A stretch of 64,000 bases of DNA from Longimicrobiales bacterium (GCA_965238005.1 OZ250165.1:256001-320000); one strand, 5' to 3'; shown: positions 9,918-20,305, counted from the stretch's first letter. A program made the numbers and translations. Notes: generated by a model not told the origin, from the letters alone.

Positions 9918-11519
9918 GAGTCTGCGCCGCAGAACCCTGCGGCGGCTATCTTTGGTGGTAGCGAAGGCATTGGGAAGGCTTGCGGATCACCGAGGGGGGT
10001 GAATGGGAACGACATTTCGACCGTACGATCCGGAGCAGATGTTGTTGCTGCCTCCGGATCTTCGGGAGTGGGTGTCGGAGGGTCATTTGGCGCACCATGT
10101 GAGCGACCTGGTGGACGCGGTGGAGCTGAGCGCGTTCTACGGGCGGTACCGGGGGGACGGGCGGCGCAACTCGCCGTACGACCCTCGGATGATGGTCAAG
10201 GTGCTGATCTACGCGTATGCGACGGGCACCTTCTCGTCGCGGAAGATGGCGAGGAAGCTGGAGGAGGATGTCGCGTTTCGGATGCTGGCGGCGGAGAACT
10301 TCCCGAAGCACCGGACGCTGTGCGAGTTCCGCAAGCGCCATCTCGGGGATTTCCGGGCGGTGTTTGTGGAGGTGGTGATGCTCGCGCGGGCCTTGGGGCT
10401 GGCGGGGCTTGGCAGGGTGTCGGTGGACGGGACGAAGGTTCGGGCGAACGCGAACAAGCGCAAGGCGATGAGCTACGGCCGGATGGTGACCGGGGAGCCT
10501 CGGCTGGAGGCGGAGATCCGGGGGCTGTTGGAGAGGGCCGAGGCGGTGGACGAAGCGGAAGACGAGCGCTACGGCGAGGAAGCATGCGGAGACGAGGTGC
10601 CGGAGGAGCTCAAGCGGCGCGAGGACCGGCTGGCGGCGATCCGGGAGGCGAAGGCGCGCCTGGAAGCCGAGCAGAGAGCGGCGGACGACGCACGGGGCCG
10701 CAAGCCGGGGCAGACGCGCAACCCGAAGGGCGGCAGGCCCTACAAGCGGGAGTACGGAGAGCCGGACGAGGCGGCGCAGAGCAACTTCACGGACCCTGAG
10801 AGCCGGATCATGAAGACGAGTTCGGAGGGGTTCCAGCAGTGCTACAACGCACAGACGGTCGTGGAGGGGGAGAACCAGCTGGTGGTCGGGGCCGAGGTGA
10901 CGGACAACGCGAGCGACCAGGGCCAGCTGGTGCCCATGGTCGACGCGGTGGCGCAAGCGTACGGCGAGACGCCGGCGCAGGTGCTGGCGGACACGGGCTA
11001 TTGCAACGAGCGGGATCTCGAGGAACTGGAAGAGCGAGACATCGACGGGTATGTGGCGCTGGCCCGGGAGGGCAAGGCCGCCCCCACGGTTGACAAGGAG
11101 GAATATCCGGCGAAAGTCCGCATGGCGGAGAAGCTGGCGAGCGAAGATGGCCGCAGACGCTACGCACGGCGAAAGTCGCAGGCCGAGGCGCCCATCGGCT
11201 GGATCAAGGAAGTGATGGGCTTTCGACGATTCAGCTTCCGGGGCCTCGAGAAGGTCCGGGCCGAGTGGACCCTCGTGTGCCTGGCACTCAATGTGAAGCG
11301 GCTGCACACCCTTCAGGCGGCATGACTGCACGAGGGTTCACCCGCATCTGCCGGCGCGAGGGCTCTCGTAGCTCTCTTGCCCCCCCCAACGCATCCATTC
11401 CGCTCTCCCGATCCGTCGCAGACACAAGTCCTCAACCTCCCAATCACCCGGATCCGCCTCGCCGCGGACGGCTCGATGACCATTCGGCTCAGTCAGCTGT
11501 GCTTCTGCGGCGCAGACTC
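9918..11519 (+). mobile_element. IS1182-family insertion sequence
   Basis: Perfect 17-bp terminal IRs GAGTCTGCGCCGCAGAA (9918-9934 / 11503-11519), flanked by a CTAG duplication (9914-9917 / 11520-11523). Confidence 0.92.
10003..11325 (+). CDS. IS1182-family DDE transposase
   Basis: PYDPRMMVKVLIYAY, DGTKVRANA, NFTDPESRIMK, ADTGY and GFRRFSFRGLEKV motifs. Confidence 0.95.
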   Translation: MGTTFRPYDPEQMLLLPPDLREWVSEGHLAHHVSDLVDAVELSAFYGRYRGDGRRNSPYDPRMMVKVLIYAYATGTFSSRKMARKLEEDVAFRMLAAENFPKHRTLCEFRKRHLGDFRAVFVEVVMLARALGLAGLGRVSVDGTKVRANANKRKAMSYGRMVTGEPRLEAEIRGLLERAEAVDEAEDERYGEEACGDEVPEELKRREDRLAAIREAKARLEAEQRAADDARGRKPGQTRNPKGGRPYKREYGEPDEAAQSNFTDPESRIMKTSSEGFQQCYNAQTVVEGENQLVVGAEVTDNASDQGQLVPMVDAVAQAYGETPAQVLADTGYCNERDLEELEERDIDGYVALAREGKAAPTVDKEEYPAKVRMAEKLASEDGRRRYARRKSQAEAPIGWIKEVMGFRRFSFRGLEKVRAEWTLVCLALNVKRLHTLQAA

Positions 11520-11879
11520 CTAGATGACAGCGGTCCCGAGAAGCATCAGCGAGACGGGTACACACGATCAGGATTGCGAGCACTACTCACGGACAGCGGC
11601 ATAGAGGTTAATGAACATCGCCATACGCTCGTGTTCTTCGCAGAGTTGTTGATGGGAGTCACAAAACTGGCTTACTCCATCAGTTCTGGGAAGCGAGAAT
11701 TGGAGAGCCAGGCGGAGGTCCTACAGGTTAAGGACTCAGCCCTCTGGACCATTTGGCGCATGCTCTTCCCCGTATTCACGCTCATGGCACGCACTGAGGA
11801 CGTCCTGCTCGCCCCTTGGGCAAGGGGTCACCTGCTTCCCGAGCTTCCACCCACCACGTACGTAAAACATAGTGGCCGA

Positions 11880-12333
11880 ACGGAACCACTTCATCTTCGG
11901 CGGTCGGGAGTCGGCCACGCTGAGGAAGCGTCCCGAGTACCTCGAAGGCGCTAGCCGTCATCATCTGCGCATTGAGTGTTAGAGGTGGGCCGTCCCCGGT
12001 CAGCGGAAATTGTTCTAGCACCGTCGAGTAGCCGCCGAATCCGTCAAAGGTCCGGTTGTTGTTCACGAAGTGCCGATACCCTGCCTCGGAGAACGGAATT
12101 ACATCACCGGTCCGACCTTCGACCGGGAGCGTCCCAGCGGCCACGGTTACGACACGGTCCGCATCGGGATACGGAAGGGGGCGCAACAGAACTCCCTCCA
12201 CGACCGAGAAGATCGCCGTGTTGGCGCCGATCGCTACGGCCAGGGTCAGGACGGTTACGGCCGTGAAACCGCGGTCCTTCAGGAGCGTGCGGAGAGCCAG
12301 GCGCACGTCTTGCAGGGTGGATCCCAGCATCAT
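11880..12333 (-). pseudogene. ADOP/MacB-like ABC permease N-terminal fragment
   Basis: QDVRLALRTLLKDRGFTAVTVLTLAVAIGANTAIFSVV...LLRPLPYPDADR; truncated after about 150 aa. Confidence 0.85.
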
Positions 12334-12442
12334 GACAATCTCCGGCTAGCGATCAGCGGACGACCCCACCCCCCACCTGCCGCCTCGGGGGAGAGCTGGC
12401 AGGTTACTTCCTGCTGTCGATTCTATCGCTGGCTCCGAACTA

Positions 12443-12760
12443 GGAGCAAGCGAATCCGCTGCCTGCTGTCCGAGGGGCATGGCCGTGTTCTCCGCGAGAA
12501 CCTATCGAGCTGGCTGTCTACGGTGGATCACGGCCATGCCACGTGGTGTCGGTGGCATCAGCTAGCGTCGCCCCAGAGACCGCCAGATCAGCGTTCTACT
12601 CGATCCACGAGACATCAGGTGAGAGCACCTATGGGCTGGGAGAACAGGCCCAACATAGAGGCGAACATAGAGTCTTGAGGGGGCCGGCGTCCCACCTCAG
12701 CCCGATAATCCAGTAGCCATGCGGGTTTCCCAGGAGTCTACGACTTTGCGACCTCTGGCT
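12443..12760 (+). repeat. Island repeat R1 (tRNA-Ala-proximal end type) with AACATAGAG direct pair and a 13-bp tRNA-Ala fragment
   Basis: GGCCGTGTTCTCCGCGAGAACCTA core shared with R4; AACATAGAG x2 at 12652-12672; GCGACCTCTGGCT (12748-12760) is identical to tRNA-Ala 21671-21683. Confidence 0.8.
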
Positions 12761-12851
12761 CCTTTAGCAAGTGGCCAGTTTCCATCCCAGTCGAACAGTC
12801 CCACTTTGTGTCAGCCCTGGTAGCACGCATTCTCCCCCGAAATGTCACGCC

Positions 12852-13943
12852 ATGCCCATCGCGCACGCCATCTGGAAGGTCGGGGAGCGCCCCCTTCCGC
12901 TATCCCCTGGGCGCCTGGCAAGCGAACAACAGTTGGAAGAAATGATCGTGTCAGATCCCGGGATCATTTCGAGCGAGTGGATGCTCATCGGCCGACAAGA
13001 GGTGACCAGCCACGGCGGTCGCATCGATCTGCTCGCAATAGCTCCGGATGGCTCACTCGTCTTGATGGAGTTGAAGCGGGACCGTACGCCTCGCGAACTC
13101 ATTGCGCAGGCGCTTGACTACGCATCTTGGGTAGAGGATCTCGGTGCTGAAAAACTTGCACAGATGTATCGGCGCTTCTCCGATGGTGGCAGCCTGGATG
13201 ACGCGTTCAAGGAACGGTTCGGCGTCGACCTCGATGAGGAAACGCTCAACCAGTCTCACCAGATCATCGTCGTCGCGGCCGAACTCGATGACTCTACAGA
13301 GCGCATCATCGGATACCTCAATGCGCGTGACCTCGCGATCAACGTCGTCTTCTTTCAAGTCTTTGAGTTCGATGATGAGCTCTTGCTGAGCCGCGCGTGG
13401 CTCATCGATCCAGGGGAGACCCAGGCGAACGTCATCAGAACAACTAGGAGCAAGGGGCAGAAGGAGCCGTGGAATGGAGAATACTACGTGTCGTTTGGGC
13501 CTCTCCGCTCAAGAGACTGGGAAGACGCCCGTCATTTCGGATTCATCAGCGCGGGTGGCGGGAGGTGGTACAGCCAGACTTTGAGGATGCTGTCACCGGG
13601 CGATCGTATATGGGTGAATATCCCGAAGACTGGATACGTTGGCGTCGGTGAGGTGACGGAGGCGGTAACCCCAGCGGAGGACTTCAATGTTCGAACGGCG
13701 GAACGTGAGCAACCTTGTCTCGAGGTCCTGAAGCATGCGGACCTATACAAGCAGAAGATCCAAGACCCCGAAAAGGCCGAGTATTTTGTGCGAGTGCGGT
13801 GGATTGACACAGTACCAGTGGAAAAAGCGCTCAACGAGGTCGGGTTGTTCGGCAATCAGAATACAGTCTGTCAGCCGACAGCCCCCAAATGGAGGCACAC
13901 CGTTGACCGCCTGAAGACTCACTTCCCGAAGTGGCAGGATTGA
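12852..13943 (+). CDS. NucS/DUF91-like endonuclease domain protein
   Basis: EQQLE...GRIDLLAI...ELKRDRTPRE...QALDYA, a PD-(D/E)XK pattern typical of NucS-like proteins. Confidence 0.85.
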   Translation: MPIAHAIWKVGERPLPLSPGRLASEQQLEEMIVSDPGIISSEWMLIGRQEVTSHGGRIDLLAIAPDGSLVLMELKRDRTPRELIAQALDYASWVEDLGAEKLAQMYRRFSDGGSLDDAFKERFGVDLDEETLNQSHQIIVVAAELDDSTERIIGYLNARDLAINVVFFQVFEFDDELLLSRAWLIDPGETQANVIRTTRSKGQKEPWNGEYYVSFGPLRSRDWEDARHFGFISAGGGRWYSQTLRMLSPGDRIWVNIPKTGYVGVGEVTEAVTPAEDFNVRTAEREQPCLEVLKHADLYKQKIQDPEKAEYFVRVRWIDTVPVEKALNEVGLFGNQNTVCQPTAPKWRHTVDRLKTHFPKWQD

Positions 13944-14064
13944 TTTCGTGAGTCCAGAGTAAGCCGGGCCTGTTGAACCCTGCGCGTTGGCATCCAACGG
14001 GTAAGGGGCCTGCGTCGAAGCGATAGAACCACGAAGTGACCGCTCGCCGAATTAGCCTACCCGG

Positions 14065-14850
14065 CTAGATAGCATCCGGCACCGGTGGCCAGTCAATCGA
14101 GAACTCATGACACACGGCTTGCCAGGTGGCCGCCCCGAGGACCCCTCCCGCAATGGCATCTCGCTCTTCGTCCGTCCGATGAGGGAGGCTCGGGATCAGA
14201 AGATCGGGCTGTAGCTGTTCATCCGAGGCTGCTGACCAATGCTCCGGCACCAGCATCGGGTCTGGGTCCTCCCCTTCCACCAGGAGTAAGCCAAGCACCG
14301 CGCGGCCAGCTGCGATCTCCCAAGTAGCGTCCATGTGACGAATGAGCTGACTTCGCTTCCTCATCCACGTCGTCTTGCTCGTGGTCGACCGTTCGGTGCG
14401 CTTCCCCTCCACCACGAGAACCACACTGTCGGTCTCAAGGCAGGCGTCGGGAAACGAATCGCCTTCGAGAACGAACCATTGTCGTCCACGCTCGCTGGCT
14501 CGGAGCCGCCTTAGCGCCTCCTGCACCACTTTCGGATCGCCGCTCGCCAGTGCCCGCCGTTTCCTCACCGTCTCAGGGTGACCGCCAGACTTGGCCACCT
14601 GTTCCTCTGAGACATTCTGGACCAGCCATTCAAGGAGGCTCAGCGGCGGCGCAAGGGGGCGTTCGTTCGACCCCCACCATGACTGATGGCCCGGGACGAG
14701 CACACCGAGTTGTACCGGGAGGGCAACATCAGCAACGCGGGATCCCAAGCGCACTAGAAGTGGAAGCCATGACCTACCGCTTGAATCCGACCGCAGGAGA
14801 TGGTCAAACACTGGGACCACCCGAGTCTTTGAGGAATCGAACTTGCCCAT
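14065..14850 (-). CDS. Hypothetical protein with a PD-(D/E)XK nuclease-like motif
   Basis: LEGDSFPDACLETDSVVLVVEGKRTE and a later SQLIRH. Confidence 0.65.
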   Translation of the reverse strand: MGKFDSSKTRVVPVFDHLLRSDSSGRSWLPLLVRLGSRVADVALPVQLGVLVPGHQSWWGSNERPLAPPLSLLEWLVQNVSEEQVAKSGGHPETVRKRRALASGDPKVVQEALRRLRASERGRQWFVLEGDSFPDACLETDSVVLVVEGKRTERSTTSKTTWMRKRSQLIRHMDATWEIAAGRAVLGLLLVEGEDPDPMLVPEHWSAASDEQLQPDLLIPSLPHRTDEERDAIAGGVLGAATWQAVCHEFSIDWPPVPDAI

Positions 14851-14899
14851 GAGCCAACCCTGGGAGAATGAGTTACTCCGACGCTGGACAGCGCCTTGA

Positions 14900-16060
14900 T
14901 TATGCCATGATCTTCTCGACGGATTCTGGGCCAAAACCATCCCAAAATTGCTCCGTACGGTGCCAATCAATGAAGCGAAATCGCTCCTTCAGCACAGTCG
15001 CCTCATCCGTTGAAGCTGGACGACTGACAAAGCGCAAGGGCGTCTTCTTCAAGCCCGGAATGCCGGGATCATAGCTCTGGTAGTTGTCGACGACTTCGTA
15101 GAGAATCTGTCGTAGGTAATCATCGTGCGGAGGGAGGGAAAAGCCGATTATCGCGAGCCCGAAGTTGGCGGAGCCAGCGCCTTGGAGCCCGTACCAGAAT
15201 TCTTTGAGGGGGTTCACGTAAAAGAGCTTGGCGGTCGATGGTGCGAGGATCAACGGTGATTCGACGTTCAAGCGACAACGCTCGAAGTATGCATCAAGGT
15301 CTCGAACGCGGAAGATTTTCTTCAAAGGATCATCTGGAAATCGAGGACCTGAGGTGATCGGTTCTGGCGTGAACAATTCGGAATCACCGAAGACCGGATG
15401 CCGCGTGGCTGGATCAAGCCCAGAGGCCTTTGCACTTTCGATCTCCCCTTCGATGGGTCCCAAATCGAACCAGTCGATAGACCCGTGCAGCTTCAGAACG
15501 ATTACGTCGCTGCGGGCAGAATCCACTGTCGCGCCTGTTTCGCGAACCTCCGAGTAGAGGTGTGGGCATAATCGGTAAGGCTTGCCGACCCTCTCTAACG
15601 CAGTTTCGACCAGCGTGTCGTAATTGAAGGTCAGTATGTAGTCGTCGGGGAGGAGCGTGTCGACAAATGTCAGATACGGCTTCCAGGCGTCCGAGTTCAT
15701 CGCCTTTTGGCGTTCATGGAGTTCAAGGGAGATCAGGTTACGGACAACATGTTGGCTCTCGTTGCCGGTCGAGGTCCACGTATCACTCCCGCGAAGCCCA
15801 AGAAAATGTTCAAGGTCGAGAAATCCCATGAATTCCTCGAAATCGATCGTTTCCTCGGTGAGCATGACGCCCCCGCTGGCGGCCTTGTACTTGATGAAAC
15901 GCTGCAGGTCCGGTCGCAGAAAGCTCTCGTAGAAGGTGGTTTTCCGCGCGCGCGCAAGAACTGATGACCAGAGCTCCAGCCCAAGAGGCAATCCGGCGTA
16001 ACGCGAGAACCCAGCCCCAAGGATGATGATTCGAAACCGTTTGTTAGAGGATGGAGCCAT
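14900..16060 (-). CDS. SIR2-like (SIR2_2) protein, putative NADase
   Basis: ILGAGFS, TFNYDTLVE, KLHGSIDW and IIGFSL motifs. Confidence 0.88.
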   Translation of the reverse strand: MAPSSNKRFRIIILGAGFSRYAGLPLGLELWSSVLARARKTTFYESFLRPDLQRFIKYKAASGGVMLTEETIDFEEFMGFLDLEHFLGLRGSDTWTSTGNESQHVVRNLISLELHERQKAMNSDAWKPYLTFVDTLLPDDYILTFNYDTLVETALERVGKPYRLCPHLYSEVRETGATVDSARSDVIVLKLHGSIDWFDLGPIEGEIESAKASGLDPATRHPVFGDSELFTPEPITSGPRFPDDPLKKIFRVRDLDAYFERCRLNVESPLILAPSTAKLFYVNPLKEFWYGLQGAGSANFGLAIIGFSLPPHDDYLRQILYEVVDNYQSYDPGIPGLKKTPLRFVSRPASTDEATVLKERFRFIDWHRTEQFWDGFGPESVEKIMA

Positions 16061-16208
16061 TGTGTCAATCGGCCAAACGGTTCCTTGACCCAGGGCGGAG
16101 CGCCCCAAAGGCTGGTGGGTCTAATTCCAAAACCTTACAACGTGCCAATAGGACGAGCAAGCAAGCATTGGCAGGCGAATCCGTTACGGTGCCAACGATG
16201 GCCAATCC

Positions 16209-16315
16209 CCGCGAGAACCCACCGAGCTGCCTGTCTACGATGGATCACGGCCTTGGCGCCTGGTGTCGGTGGCATCGAACTGTCCCACGCCAGAGACCGG
16301 CAAATCAGCGCTCTT
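16209..16315 (+). repeat. Island repeat R2
   Basis: CCGCGAGAACC.ACCGAGCTG.CTGTCTACG.TGGATCACGGCC...TGGTGTCGGTGGCATC...CAGAGACCG...ATCAGCG aligns with R1. Confidence 0.8.
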
Positions 16316-16895
16316 CCGTCTTGAATTGGGCAGCCACCCAGGCCTCGACGTACGCACGGTCGAGAATCGAGGCCGCCGCCCAAAGGTGCCACGCATGTGA
16401 ATCGAGGCCGTTAGCCAACTGGGCGTAGGCTTTGGGGCGAGGCTGCGCCAACCCCGCTTTCCAGTTCCGCAAAGTCGATGGGTGGACGCCGAGAACATCG
16501 GCGAGGCGGCCCTGGCTCGCGCAAAGAGCCCTCACCGCGTCTGGAACCGAATCAGGAGGTTGGAGGCCTCGCGGCACAGGGTCGTAATCCTCATATGCGA
16601 GATACGACAGCGGGTCACCGTCCAGAACCCGTTTTATCCTGAGCGCGACTGCCCACATCTGGGCGACATGGCGTTGGTGTACACAGAGCTCCGCAAGTCG
16701 CCGCCTGAAGAGTCGGCCCATCCCACCGGACGATGACCAGTTGCGGACTGTCCCTGGGGACAAGCCGAGGAAGTCGGCAAGCCACGCTTGCGGGAGGCAG
16801 AGCTCGTTCACGAAGCCTCCTGCCGCGAGATTGCGATAGAACTCCTCGACCCCATTGGTTACAGCGGCCACAATCGCAGCCGGCTGTTCGGTCAT
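16305..16895 (-). CDS. Hypothetical protein with two XRE-like HTH motifs
   Basis: QAWLADFLGLSPGTVRNW and QGRLADVLGVHPSTLRNW. Confidence 0.7.
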   Translation of the reverse strand: MTEQPAAIVAAVTNGVEEFYRNLAAGGFVNELCLPQAWLADFLGLSPGTVRNWSSSGGMGRLFRRRLAELCVHQRHVAQMWAVALRIKRVLDGDPLSYLAYEDYDPVPRGLQPPDSVPDAVRALCASQGRLADVLGVHPSTLRNWKAGLAQPRPKAYAQLANGLDSHAWHLWAAASILDRAYVEAWVAAQFKTEER

Positions 16896-17319
16896 CGGGA
16901 AGACCTCAACCAGATCGTGCCATTCCGCACGGATATGGACAATTTATCATTCAGTCGAATCGCAAGCTCTCACGCGGGATATGTCCCGATGGGATCTAGA
17001 TCGTTTTCGGGCTAAGTCTTGGAACGAAATGGACAGATGCTAACGTTTTTTTGAAGGAGGCCAGCACGAGGAGGGTTACGAGCAGCTCGCTGACCAGATT
17101 CGATCCGAGGAACTCCCAGATCGAATAGAGGAGGGACAAATCCACGACTGTGGACCTAATGCATGCATCGTGAGATTATCATGGTGGACAATATAGCACT
17201 GATTGGCGAAGAGGTATAACGACTTTGGGCTTTAAGCTGCCGCACCACCATGCCCCGCCCCAGAGTGCAAATAGCAAGACGTGCGCTCTCTGACCCGCGC
17301 GGCTTAACGGCCATCCCTC

Positions 17320-17620
17320 TTCTCCGCGTGAACCTACCGAGCTGGCGATCTGCGATGGATCATGGCCTTGGCCCCTGGTGTCGGGTCAGCTCACGTCGCA
17401 CCACATGCCGCCAGATCAACGCCTGATGCGTAGGGTCGCCGTGACACACATTGAGCCTCGTTACTCAGCTGGCAACCTCTGGCTAGCTTAGCTTCTTCAC
17501 ACACGCCCATTTTCACCAATTTCGCGCAGTTCTGGGGGAATCTTCGCTATTCTCCGGTAGATGGCTTCCCGGTTCTCACCATGTTGATACATCCGAACAT
17601 AGAGAGAAGCATAGAGACCC
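17320..17620 (+). repeat. Island repeat R3
   Basis: TTCTCCGCGTGAACCTACCGAGCTGG...GGGTCAGCTCACGTCGCACCA (shared with R4) and AACATAGAGAGAAGCATAGAGACCC at 17596-17620. Confidence 0.8.
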
Positions 17621-17725
17621 TTCCGTTGGCAGGCCCCAGGGTCGTCCGGTCCCAAGCCTAGCTCTCGCCAAGATTCACGGAAGGGTCGCACCCCCTACCT
17701 GGGACGCCCTCCGTCTTGCCCTACG

Positions 17726-19147
17726 TCACATATAGAAGCTGTAGCGTGCAGGAAGGTGATCTGACGTGCTCAGATAGGGGAGAATCTCCCCGACCTTGCG
17801 TGATGCCTTGAGTGTGATCGGGTCCCGGTTGTCGAACTGCGTGTCATTCCAATTCATCTTCGTCAAAGCGAGAACCTCACGCGCCAAGAACTCCGGTGAG
17901 TGATCTGAGCGGAAGATCTCGATCGAGAGCGGACGGGGGACGTACTGCCCGGGGTAGGTCGAATAAAAGTCGACCGACCCTCTTGTATAGAGGATGTTGC
18001 GAGTCGGCGTCCGTAGGAAAGTACCTCTGAGCGGTGGGTAGCGTCCGGCACGAAAGAGACGGGTGTTGCTCCGTCGAATCCACATGAGCGAGATGTCGTC
18101 GATCCGATGGTCCTCACATGCCGCCTCAAACCCGTCTGCTTCCGAAGGAAGGAAACGGGAACTCTTGTGCAGGACCAGACGCGCCGGATCCGTTCCGTGT
18201 TCCTGGCGATAGCGGTCAAGCGCAAGGCTAAGTAGCCCGTATGCGCCCTCCCGATCAAGGTGTGGTTGGCGGTCCTCCTTTGAGACCTTTGCTAACCCGC
18301 CGCGGATGATCAAGCCATCCCCGCGCTGACTGAATACCTGCGCAACGCTTGTGTGAAGCTGCTCGTCGCCCCCCTCGAAGAAGCTCACTCCGACGTAGCA
18401 AACCGAATAGTCATCGACAGCTGTCTGAATCCGCCATGGAGTACCGCCTGCCTTGTAGTAGAGCGCCGTAAACAGATTCCAGGCGCGCGTGGCCTCATCT
18501 TGGAGGCGTATTGCTCCCCGCAGCCTGACAGGCAACTCTTTCCGGTACTGCGGGCGATAGGTGGTTGGCAGAACGATCTGGATCGGCACTGGCAGCGCCT
18601 GCATCCCTCGCGCCTTTAACAGCCTTCGAAAGTCGAGCCCGTCGGCAGGTTCCTCATCCTCGGTCTTGTACCCCCGTAGCATGGCGCGAAGGATCTCCAT
18701 GGGAGGAGCACACACGACAACCTGAACGGCCGGAGACTCCGCCAACACCTCCAGTTCGCGAATGAAGAGCTCGACCGAACCAGCCACCAAAGCGTCCGGT
18801 GACGCCTTATCCGCTAGGCGTTCGAACTCCTTCTGTGGAATGGTCCTACAGTTCCTGGAAGCGACGTCCAACGTTGATCGGAAAGTCCGGTTGGAAGTGA
18901 ACCCAGGAAACCGAACGAAGAGCTGCGGCTGCGCGCTCTTCTTCGCCTCGATCGGGGAGGAACATTTTCCCAACCAGGTCGTCAGGTGCTCGACCGTCTC
19001 AGCTGTCCCGACTACCCCGAGTCGAAGAGAGCGCAGTTCTGTGCGATCCACGTCGAGGGGGCCGTGCTCCATGATCCCGAACCGGATATCCACGTGTGGT
19101 CCGGTCCCGAACTCCAGCTCGGGCTCAGAGAGATGGACCGCCTTCAT
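17726..19147 (-). CDS. Short prokaryotic Argonaute (MID-PIWI, catalytically inactive)
   Basis: 473 aa; EPELEFG N-terminus, LYYKAGGTPW (MID), YVGVSF, HKSSRF, PPLRGT and LTKMNWN. The catalytic tetrad appears substituted. Confidence 0.93.
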   Translation of the reverse strand: MKAVHLSEPELEFGTGPHVDIRFGIMEHGPLDVDRTELRSLRLGVVGTAETVEHLTTWLGKCSSPIEAKKSAQPQLFVRFPGFTSNRTFRSTLDVASRNCRTIPQKEFERLADKASPDALVAGSVELFIRELEVLAESPAVQVVVCAPPMEILRAMLRGYKTEDEEPADGLDFRRLLKARGMQALPVPIQIVLPTTYRPQYRKELPVRLRGAIRLQDEATRAWNLFTALYYKAGGTPWRIQTAVDDYSVCYVGVSFFEGGDEQLHTSVAQVFSQRGDGLIIRGGLAKVSKEDRQPHLDREGAYGLLSLALDRYRQEHGTDPARLVLHKSSRFLPSEADGFEAACEDHRIDDISLMWIRRSNTRLFRAGRYPPLRGTFLRTPTRNILYTRGSVDFYSTYPGQYVPRPLSIEIFRSDHSPEFLAREVLALTKMNWNDTQFDNRDPITLKASRKVGEILPYLSTSDHLPARYSFYM

Positions 19148-20247
19148 TCGTCAAAAAAAGAAGGCTCTGCAGCATTATCGGGTGCAGGCAGTTCCTGCGC
19201 ACCCCATTCAGCCTCATCTAGGCTCACGTCGATCGGGATCTCCACAAGTCTACCGAAACGGATATAGGGGTAGCCGAGTCCGAGCGGGTCGTCCTCGTCA
19301 CTGAGTAGGCTCGCCCACATCACTTCGCGGGTCGGGGACTGTTTCAACGAGCGATATCGAGCAGTTCGGCCGGGGCCACCCTTCCGGCCAGGCAGAAAAA
19401 AGTAGTACCTGTGTTTAGCGTTCCATCGGACACCAAACTGATCAAGCCGAGATGAGAGGGAGTGGTTAAGTAGCCGCACGAAGTCCCGTAGAAGATCGGG
19501 GCTATCGGAGCGCGAAAAGTGTGCCGTTTCGATCGACTCCACAGTGCCTCGGTCTACAACGGAGCCCCACGGCTCAGCATCCAGATCAAGGAATGAAAAG
19601 ATCTTGCCTTCCTTGAGGAACCACTCACCGGTTGGGTCATTCTGACCATCTCGGAGGAGTTGCCAGACCTCTTTGTGTGTCGAGCATTCCGTGGCTGCAA
19701 CCTGAACGGAGGGGCCAAACTCGGTCACCTCGAGCAGATTGCTCAAGAGCGTCTCAGGCTTGGGTGGCGGCGAGAGGTACACTCCCAAGCCCTCAGGCCG
19801 CGCCTGTCCGGCAAGTTGAGCCGCCGCGCTGACGTCGAATCGGTCCTTCGACTTGTCGAATTGCACGCTTCGCAACGCACGTCTCTCCGGTATCTCAAAG
19901 TACGACTTCACCGAGACCCAATAAGCTTCATCGGTCTTGGGTCGGGTCACCACGAGAAGCACCGGCGCGTTTCCACCCAACCAGTATGCCAAGTCACGCT
20001 GATCTACAGGCCAGCGGAATGAGGACTCGGACTCGCTTGGAAAGGGAGCGTCCGTCGTCTTGACCTGCACCAGAATGACGAAGTTCGTGGCCATGCCGCC
20101 CTGGCCACGAAGCTCAATCGTCCCATCGATGCCCGCGTCGATCGTGGACGGATTCCATACATGGCCCATCTCGAGCACGACGCGCTCGACGAGGTTCACC
20201 CCACGCTGACCGAGGACAGTACTCTTGTGGATTTGCTTCGGTTTCAT
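19144..20247 (-). CDS. DUF4365 (DREN nuclease)-APAZ partner of short pAgo (SPARDA-like)
   Basis: GQRGVNLVER...DAGIDGTIE...VQVKT...DLAYW (DUF4365), then ETLLSNLL and DFVRLLNHSL (APAZ-like). ATGA overlap with pAgo. Confidence 0.85.
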   Translation of the reverse strand: MKPKQIHKSTVLGQRGVNLVERVVLEMGHVWNPSTIDAGIDGTIELRGQGGMATNFVILVQVKTTDAPFPSESESSFRWPVDQRDLAYWLGGNAPVLLVVTRPKTDEAYWVSVKSYFEIPERRALRSVQFDKSKDRFDVSAAAQLAGQARPEGLGVYLSPPPKPETLLSNLLEVTEFGPSVQVAATECSTHKEVWQLLRDGQNDPTGEWFLKEGKIFSFLDLDAEPWGSVVDRGTVESIETAHFSRSDSPDLLRDFVRLLNHSLSSRLDQFGVRWNAKHRYYFFLPGRKGGPGRTARYRSLKQSPTREVMWASLLSDEDDPLGLGYPYIRFGRLVEIPIDVSLDEAEWGAQELPAPDNAAEPSFFDE

Positions 20248-20305
20248 GCTAGGAACGCTAACGGCAACAGCCCATCTGAGAAGTCCTCGGAGGCGCGTAC
20301 CACCT

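Larger units (their letters stand above)
9793..11840 (+). pseudogene. Methyltransferase C-terminal remnant split by IS1182
   Basis: Removing the IS and one CTAG joins AVREIRLVARPGATIVVSVP...CHGGL to DDSGPEKHQRDGYT in frame. The N-terminus is missing. Confidence 0.7.

Noticed and set aside
12070..12678. Repeat-encoded peptide (GRVLRENL..WLS) as a conserved small protein
   Set aside because: No consistent start/stop or RBS across copies, and indels occur; the similarity is explained by DNA-level repetition.
14900..19147. SIR2 as the pAgo effector (SPARSA)
   Set aside because: The SIR2 protein has no APAZ and is separated from pAgo by two repeats and an HTH gene; pAgo already has a coupled DUF4365-APAZ.
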